DNA of 64,000 nucleotides, taken from positions 11,808,001-11,872,000 of the forward strand of contig CP086569.2 of NCBI GenBank assembly GCA_009914755.4. The letters run 5' to 3'. Source of the stretch: the human T2T-CHM13v2.0 reference genome, Homo sapiens. Shown here in pieces: positions 56,455 through 64,000 of this stretch. Position 1 is the first letter of the stretch; each line of letters begins with the position of its first letter. Under the pieces are notes generated by a model, which saw only the letters and a list, made by a program, of their open reading frames with translations, was not told the DNA's origin and did not search any database. A program made the position numbers and the translations under genes.

Positions 56455-59400
56455 GATTGGAATGGACTGCCATAGAACGGACTGCAGTGTAATGGATTGA
56501 ATTCTAAATCATTCAAATGGAATGGAATTGAATGGAATGGAATCCAATGGAATGGATAGGATTGTACTGGAATGGAATAGCATGGAATGCAACGGAGTGG
56601 AATGGAGTTGAATGAAGTGGAATGGAATCGATTGGAATGGAATCAAATGGAATGGACGGGAATGGAAGGGACTGGAAGAGAACAGACTCGAATTTAATGG
56701 ATTGCAATGTAATTGATTCAAATGGAATGGAATCGAATGGAATGTAATAAAATTGAAGGGATTTGAGTTCAATGCAATGGAGTAGAATGGAATGCAAAGG
56801 AAAGGAAAGGAACGGAGTGAAATCGAGTGTAATGGAATCGAATGGAATGAAATGGAATGGAATGGACTCAAAAGAAATGGACGAGGGACAAAACGGAATC
56901 GAACTGATTGGAATCGAACGGAACGGAATGGAATGGAATGGTCTCCATTGGATCGGAGTAGAACGGACTGGAATGGAATGGAATGAAATGGAATGGAAAG
57001 GAATAGAATGGAATGGAATGGAATGGAATGGAATGGAAGGTAATTGAAAGATATCGAACGGATTGGAAAGGAATGGAATGGACCCTAATGGAATGGAATG
57101 GAATTCAACAGAAACGAATGGAATGGACTGGAGTGAAATGGAGTCGAATGTAATTGACTGGAGTGGAATGGACTCGAAAGGAATGGACTCGAATAGAATG
57201 GACTGGAATGGATTGTACTCGAATGGAGTGGAAAGGAATAAAATGGATTCCACCAGATTGGAATGGAACAGAATGTAATGGAATGGAATGGAATGCAATG
57301 GAATAGCTCCAATGGAATGGAGTCGAATGCAATGGAACAGAAAGGAAAGGAATTGAATGGAATTGAAAGGAATAGAACAAAATGGAGTGCAAAGGAAAGA
57401 TATCGAATGGAATGGATCGAAAAGAAATCGAATGGAATGGACAGGAATGGAATGGAATAGAATGGAATAGACTGGCGTGCAATCAAAACGAATGGAATGG
57501 AAACGAATGGAATACAATGGAAAGGAATGGAGTAGAATAAATACTATGGAATGGAATGGAGGCGAAAGGAAAAGAATGGATTGGAATGTCGCCGAATGGA
57601 AAGCTATGGAATGGAAAGGAATGGATACGAATGGAATGGAATAGAAAGGAACGGAAAGGTAAAGAATGGAATGGAATCGGATAGAATGGAATGCAATGTA
57701 ATGGAGTCGAATGGAAAATAATCGAGTAGAATGATATCGAACGGACTGGAATTTAATAGAATGGAATGGAATGGAATGGACTCGAATGGAATGTACTCAA
57801 ATGGATTAGAATAGAATGGAGTGGAACTAAACGTAATGAACTCGAATGGAATGGACACAAATAGAATGGAAGAGAAAGGAATGGTATTGAATGGAATTTA
57901 TTCGAATAGAGTGGAATTCAATGGAATGCAACAGTGTGGCATGGAATCAAATGGAATGGAATCGAATGGAATGGACCCGAGTGGAATGGACTCACATAGA
58001 ACAGCCTCGAATGTAATGGATGACAATGTATTAGATTCGAAAGGACTGAAATCGAATGGAATGTAATCAAGTAGAACGGAATTGAATGCATGGAATGGCA
58101 TAGAAAGTAACGCAATGGAATGGAATAGACTGGAATGGAATGGAATCGGATGGAATGTAATGAAATGTAATGGAAGGAATGCCATGGAATGGAATGGAAT
58201 GGAATGCAATGGGACGGTGTATAATGGAGTGCAATGGATTTCAGTGGAATGTAGTCAAAATGAAAGAAATAGAATGGAATTCAATATAATGGAATGGCAT
58301 CCAATGGCAAGGAATGGAGCGGACTCCAATGGAAACGACATGAAAGGAATATAATATAATGGAGTGGAATATAATATAATATAATATAATATAATATAAT
58401 ATAATATAATATAATATAATGCAATGGAGTTAAAAGGTAAAATATCGAATGGAAAAGAATTGAATGGACTCGAAAGGAATATAATGGAATGGAATGGACT
58501 CGAATGGAATGTACTAGAGTTGAATGGAATCGAATGGAATGGAAAACAATGCAAGGGAAAGGAAAGGAATTGAAAGGAAAGGAATAGAATGGAATGGAAT
58601 CGGATGGAACGGAATTGAATGGAATGGAAACTAAAGGAATAGAATAGAAAGGAATCGCATTGAATTGAATGGAATGGAATGGAATCAGATGGAACAGAAA
58701 GGAATGGAATAGAATCGAATGGAATGGCATCGAATGGATGGAATGGAATGGAATGGAATGGAATAGAAAGGAATGGAATGGACTCGAATGGAATGTACTC
58801 AAATGGAATAGAATAGAATGGAATGGAAGTAAATATAATGGACTCGAATGGAATGCATTGGAATAAATTGGAATTGAGTTTATTGGATTCGAATGGAAAG
58901 GAATGGAATGGAATGGAATGGAATGGATTCGAATGGAATGGAATCGAATGGAATGGAACGAATTGGAATGTAATTGAATGGAGTCAAAAACAGTAGAAAG
59001 AAATAAAGTTTCATCGAATGATATCGAATGGAATTGAATGGAATGTACGCGAATGGAATGGAGTGACATGTAACGGAATCGAAAGGAATGGAATCCAATG
59101 AAATGGAATTGAATGGTATAGAAATGTATAGAATGGAATGGAGATTAATGGAAAGATATTAAAATAATGGAATGGAATTGAGTGGACACGAATGGAATGG
59201 ACTGGAATGGAAAGGACTCGAATGAAATGGAGCGCATTAGAATGGACTCGAATGGAATGGATTGGAGTGGAATGGTCTCAAATGGATTGGAAAGGAATGG
59301 AATGGAAAGGAATAGAATGGAATGTAATCAAACGGAACGAAATTGAATGGAATGGATTCGACTGGAGCAGAATTGAATGGAGTGGAATTGAATGGAATGG

Positions 59401-62039
59401 AATGCAATCGAATGGAATGGACACGAATCGAATAGAATGAAATGAAATGGCATAGAATGGAATGGAATGGAATGGAATGGAATGGAATGGAATGGAATGG
59501 AATGGAATGGCATGGAATGGAATGACATGGCATGGCATGGCATGGAATGGAATGGAATGAAATTGATTGGAATGGGATGGGCCCAAAAGTAATAGACTCC
59601 AATAAAAAGGACTCAAATAGAATGAACTGGAAAGAAACGGTCTCGAATGTAATTTATTCGAATAGAATGATATTGAATGGAATGCAACAGTATGGAATGT
59701 TATCGAATAGAATGGAATAGAATGGAAGGGAATGGAACGGAATGGAGTGCAATTGAACGGACTCAAATGCAATAAATTGCAATATAATTGATTCAAATGG
59801 AATGGAATCGAATAGAATGTAAACAAATGGAATGGAAGGCAATGCAATGGAAAGGAATCGAATGAAATGGAATAAATGGAATGGAATGGAATGGAAAGGA
59901 CGCGAATATATTGGACTGTTAAGGAAAGGTGTCAAATCGAATTTATTCCAATAGAATGGAATCGAATGGAATGCAATACTATTGAATCGAATCGAATGCA
60001 ATGGAATTGAATGGAATGGACAGGAATTGGAATGAACTGGAAGTGAATGGACAGGAACGTAATATATTGCAATGTAATTTATTCAAATGGAATGGAATGC
60101 AATCGAATGGAATGGACTCGATTGGAATGGACTGGAGTGGAATGGACTCAAATGGAATGGCAAGGAATGGAATGGAATGGAATGGAAAGCAAAGGAATCT
60201 ACTGGAATAGAATCGAACGGAACAGAAAGGAATGGAATGGAACGGAGTGGAATGGACTCGAATGGAATGTATTCGAATGTAATGGACCTAAAAAGGAATG
60301 GAATCCAATGGAATGGAATTGAATGGAATCAAAAGGAATAGAAAGGAATAGAGTGTAATTGAATATCGAAAGGAAGGGAATGGAATGAACTCGAATGGAA
60401 TGCACTGGAATGAAATGGACTCGATCAGAACGGACTGGAGAGGAATGTACACAAAAGGAATGGAAACGAATGGAATGGAATGAAATGGAATTGAAAGGAA
60501 CGGAATCAAATGGAATGGAATGGAATGGAATGGATTGGAATAGAATGGATTCAAATAAAATAGAATCGATGGGAATGGTATTGAATGAAAGGGACTTGAA
60601 TGGAATGCAAAGCAATGGAAGATATTGGAATCGAATGGCATCGAATGAAATGGAATGGAACGGAATGGAACGGAACCGAATGGAATGGAATGGACTCAAA
60701 TGTAATGGACACCAATGGAATCGACTGAAATATAATAGTGTCGAAAGGAATGGCCTCGAGTGGAATTTATTTGAATAGAATGGAATCAAATGGAATACAA
60801 TACCATTGAATGGAATCGAATGGAATGGAATCGAATGGAATGTAATCAAATGGAATGGAACGGAATTCAATATAAAGGAGTAGAATGGAATGCATTGGAA
60901 AGGAGCAGAGTGGAATCAAGTGGAATGGAATCGAGTGGAATGGAATCAATGGGAACAAAATCGAATTGAATGGACTTGAATGGAATTGACTCGAAAGGAA
61001 TGGACTGGAACAAAAAGGAATCAAATGGACAGGAATGGGATGGAATGGACACGAATGGAATGGAGTCAAATGCAAACGCATCGAATGGAATGGATTGAAA
61101 TGGAATGCAATGGAATGGAACAGAAAGGAAGAGAATGGAATTGAGAGTAATGGAAAGATATCGATTGGAATGAAATGGAATGGAAAGGAATTGAATGGAA
61201 AGGAATGGAGTGGAAAGAAATGGATTGGAATGGAATGGTCTCCAATGGAATGGACTGGAGTGGAATGGAATCGAATGGAATGAAAAGAATGGAACGGAAT
61301 GGAACGGAAAGGAATAGAATGTTATGGAATCAGATTGGACAGAATGGAATGGAATGGAGTTTCATGAAATGGAGTCGAATAGAGTGGCATCAAAAGGAAT
61401 GGAATGGAATGGAGTGGACTCAAAAGGAATGGACTCGAAAGGAATGGAGTCGAACCAAACTGATTCAACTGGATTGAATTCGAACAGAATGGAATGGAAT
61501 GGAATGAACTCGACTGGAGTAGAGAGGAATGTAAAGGAATAGAATGGAATGTAATCAAATGGATTGCAAGTGAATGGAATCAAAAATAATAGAAAGGAAT
61601 GGAGTGTAAAGGGATGATATTGAATATAATGGAATGGAATGGAATTTAATGGAATGCAGACGAAGGAATGGACAGGAATGTAATGGACTCCAATGGAATG
61701 GAATGGATCAAAATGGATTTGAACAGATTGGAATCGAACGGAATGGAATGCAATGGAATGGAATGGACTCGAATGGAGAAGAGACAAATGGAATGGAAAC
61801 GAATTCAATGGAATTGAAAAGAATAGGATGGAATGGCGTGTAATGGTAAGATACTAAATGGAATGGAATTGAATGGAATGTAATGGACCCAAATGTAATG
61901 CACTCGAAAGGAATATACTCAAATAGAATGGAATCGAAAGGAAAGGTCTCAAATGGAATTTATTCAATACAATGGAATCGAATGGAATGCAATAGAATGG
62001 AATGGAATCGAATGTAATGGAATCAAATAGAATGGACCA
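56455..62039. repeat. HOR copy 11, 5585 bp, variant E.
   Basis: The 334-aa ORF at 56513..57517 is identical in structure to that of copy 9. There is an (ATAAT)10 tract at 58371-58420. Confidence 0.85.
58371..58420. repeat. (ATAAT)10 microsatellite embedded in HOR copy 11.
   Basis: Ten perfect ataat units sit at the same HOR position as 47296-47340. This tract is one unit longer than the one in copy 9. Confidence 0.9.
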
Positions 62040-64000
62040 GATTGGAATGGACTGCCATAGAACGGACTGCAGTGTAATGGATTGAATTCTAAATCATTCA
62101 AATGGAATGGAATTGAATGGAATGGAATCCAATGGAATGGATAGGATTGTACTGGAATGGAATAGCATGGAATGCAACGGAGTGGAATGGAGTTGAATGA
62201 AGTGGAATGGAATCGATTGGAATGGAATCAAATGGAATGGACGGGAATGGAATGGACTGGAAGAGAACAGACTCGAATTTAATGGATTGCACTGTAATTG
62301 ATTCAAATGGAAAGGAATCGAATGGAATGTAATAAAATTGAAGGGATTTGAGTTCAATGCAATGGAGTAGAATGGAATGCAAAGGAAAGGAAAGGTACGG
62401 AGTGAAATCGAGTTTAATGGAATCGAATGGAATGAAATGGAATGGAATGGACTCAAAAGAAATGGAAGAGGGACAAAACGGAATCGAACTGATTGGAATC
62501 GAACGGAACGGAATGGAATGGAATGGTCTCCATTGGATCGGAGTAGAACGGACTGGAATGGAATGGAATGAAATGGAATGGAAAGGAATAGAATGGAATG
62601 GAATGGAATGGAATGGAATGGAAGGTAATGGAAAGATATCGAACGGATTGGAAAGGAATGGAATGGACCCTAATGGAATGGAATGGAATTCAACAGAAAC
62701 GAATGGAATAGACTGGAGTGAAATGGAGTCGAATGTAATTGACTGTAGTGTAATGGACTCGAAAGGAATGGACTCGAATAGAATGGACTGGAATGGATTG
62801 TACTCGAATGGAGTGGAAAGGAATAAAATGGATTCCACCAGATTGGATTGGAACAGAATGTAATGGAATGGAATGGAATGCAATGGAATAGCTCCAATAG
62901 AATGGAGTCGAATGCAATGGAACAGAAAGGAAAGGGATTGAATGGAATTGAAAGGAATAGAACAAAATGGAGTGCAAAGGAAAGATATCGAATGGAATGG
63001 ATCGAAAAGAAATCGAATGGAATGGACAGGAATGGAATGGAATTGAATGGAATAGACTGGCGTGCAATGAAAACGAATGGAATGGAAACGAATGGAATGC
63101 AATGGAAAGGAATGGAGTAGAATAAATACTATGGAATGGAATGGAGGCGAAAGGAAAAGAATGGATTGGAATGTCACCGAATGGAAAGATATGGAATGGA
63201 AAGGAATGGATACGAATGGAATGGAATAGAAAGGAACGGAAAGGTAAAGAATGGAATGGAATCGGATAGAATGGAATGCAATGTAATGGAGTCGAATGGA
63301 AAATAATCGTGTAGAATGATATCGAATGGAATGGAATTGAATGGAATGGAATGGAATGGACTCGAATGGAATGTACTCAAATGGATTAGAATAGAATGGA
63401 ATGGAACTAAACGTAATGAACTCGAATGGAATGGACACAAATAGAATGGAAGAGAAAGGAATGGTATTGAATGGAATTTATTCGAATAGAGTGGAATTGA
63501 ATGGAATGCAACAGTGTGGCATGGAATCAAATGGAATGGAATCGAATGGAATGGACCCGAGTGGAATGGACTCACATAGAACAGCCTCGAATGTAATGGA
63601 TGACAATGTATTAGATTCGAAAGGACTGAAATCGAATGGAATGTAATCAAGTAGAACGGAATTGAATGCATGGAATGGCATAGAAAGTAACGCAATGGAA
63701 TGGAATAGACTGGAATGGAATGGAATCGGATGGAATGTAATGAAATGTAATGGAAGGAATGCCATGGAATGGAATGGAATGGAATGCAATGGGACGGTGT
63801 ATAATGGAGTGCAATGGATTTCAGTGGAATGTAGTCAAAAGGAAAGAAATAGAATGGAATTCAATATAATGGAATGGCATCCAATGGCAAGGAATGGAGC
63901 GGACTCCAATGGAAACGACATGAAAGGAATATAATATAATGGAATGGCATTGAACGAAATGGAACGCAATGGAGTTAAAAGGTAAAATATCGAATGGAAA
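62040..64000. repeat. HOR copy 12, partial (1961 bp in this window), D-like.
   Basis: The 446-aa ORF at 62098..63438 is the D marker. The copy is truncated by the window end. Confidence 0.8.

Larger units (their letters stand above)
1..64000. repeat. Satellite III (HSat3, classical satellite 3) tandem array. GGAAT pentamer on the + strand, ATTCC on the - strand, organised into HORs of about 5.6 kb.
   Basis: Seen in sequence. Almost every 5-nt step is GGAAT or a one-mismatch derivative (CGAAT, CAAAT, TGAAT, GCAAT, GGACT, GGAGT). There is no non-satellite stretch longer than about 75 bp. Short diverged islands, for example ggacccgagtggaatgg at 1505-1521, resemble the classical sat3 CAACCCGAGT signature. 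The + strand is purine-rich throughout. The HOR period comes from identical ORF-track proteins and anchor strings recurring every about 5.6 kb. Confidence 0.93.

Noticed and set aside
59-63438. Hundreds of long ORFs on both strands in the six-frame track, up to 446 aa (for example 39873..41213 on the - strand and 309..824 on the + strand), with low-complexity translations MEWNGMEWNG... on + and IPFHSIPFHS... on -.
   Set aside because: They are artefacts of the pentamer repeat. The unit length 5 is coprime with the codon length 3, so every + frame of (GGAAT)n reads G-M-E-W-N cyclically with no stop and with an ATG every 5 nt. Every - frame of (ATTCC)n reads I-P-F-H-S with no stop. ORFs end only where diverged pentamers create TAA, TAG or TGA. 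+ and - ORFs overlap one another extensively, ORF boundaries shift between otherwise identical HOR copies, and there is no codon-usage signal or domain-like content.
1-64000. Regular short direct repeats could superficially suggest a CRISPR array or another prokaryotic repeat system, and the task framing suggests a novel system.
   Set aside because: A 5-nt repeat with no unique spacers is not a CRISPR array. The sequence has no adjacent cas-like ORFs and no leader, and the composition and HOR organisation are those of primate heterochromatic satellite. No defence or accessory system is supported.
1-64000. Alternative satellite identities: alpha satellite (171 bp), HSat2, or DYZ1.
   Set aside because: There is no 171-bp periodicity or CENP-B box, so it is not alpha satellite. 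HSat2 is built on more diverged 23- and 26-bp CATTCGATTCCATTC-type units, and here clean GGAAT runs dominate, so HSat3 is favoured. The HOR length of about 5.6 kb does not match the DYZ1 HOR of about 3.56 kb as I recall it. Subfamily and chromosome are left unassigned, not guessed.
1-64000. Possible transposable-element insertion (Alu or L1) or a unique-sequence junction marking the array edge.
   Set aside because: Reading through the window I find no non-satellite segment longer than about 75 bp. All diverged islands recur once per HOR, so they belong to the repeat and are not insertions. Neither array edge is present in this window.

Overview
No coding region, RNA gene, mobile element, CRISPR array or regulatory module can be supported anywhere in this 64-kb window, and I find no novel biological system in it. 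The whole window is one uninterrupted tandem satellite array built from GGAAT pentamers on the + strand (ATTCC on the - strand). Many pentamers carry CGAATGG, CAATGG or TGAATGG variants, and short conserved non-pentameric islands recur throughout. This is the signature of human (hominoid) classical satellite III (HSat3), a pericentromeric or heterochromatic repeat, so the window is eukaryotic. Reading the sequence and the recurrence of identical ORF-track entries, the array is organised into a higher-order repeat (HOR) of about 5.6 kb. The window holds 11 complete copies plus a partial twelfth; their lengths run 5607, 5617, 5602, 5607, 5607, 6221, 5553, 5565, 5580, 5495 and 5585 bp. The interesting structure is at the satellite-evolution level. 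Alternating HOR variants give a second-order periodicity of about 11.1 to 11.2 kb. The homogenised HOR haplotype switches between two domains at about 28-34 kb. HOR copy 6 carries a 660-bp internal tandem duplication whose breakpoints lie in pure (GGAAT)n tracts. An (ATAAT)n microsatellite has expanded to 9-10 copies in only two HOR copies. One HOR copy has a 95-bp deletion, another site varies in (GGAAT)n copy number, and several variants between copies fall at CpG sites. Every ORF in the six-frame track is a stop-codon-free artefact of the pentamer: (GGAAT)n reads GMEWN in every + frame and (ATTCC)n reads IPFHS in every - frame. The chromosome of origin and the HSat3 subfamily cannot be determined without alignment to a reference.
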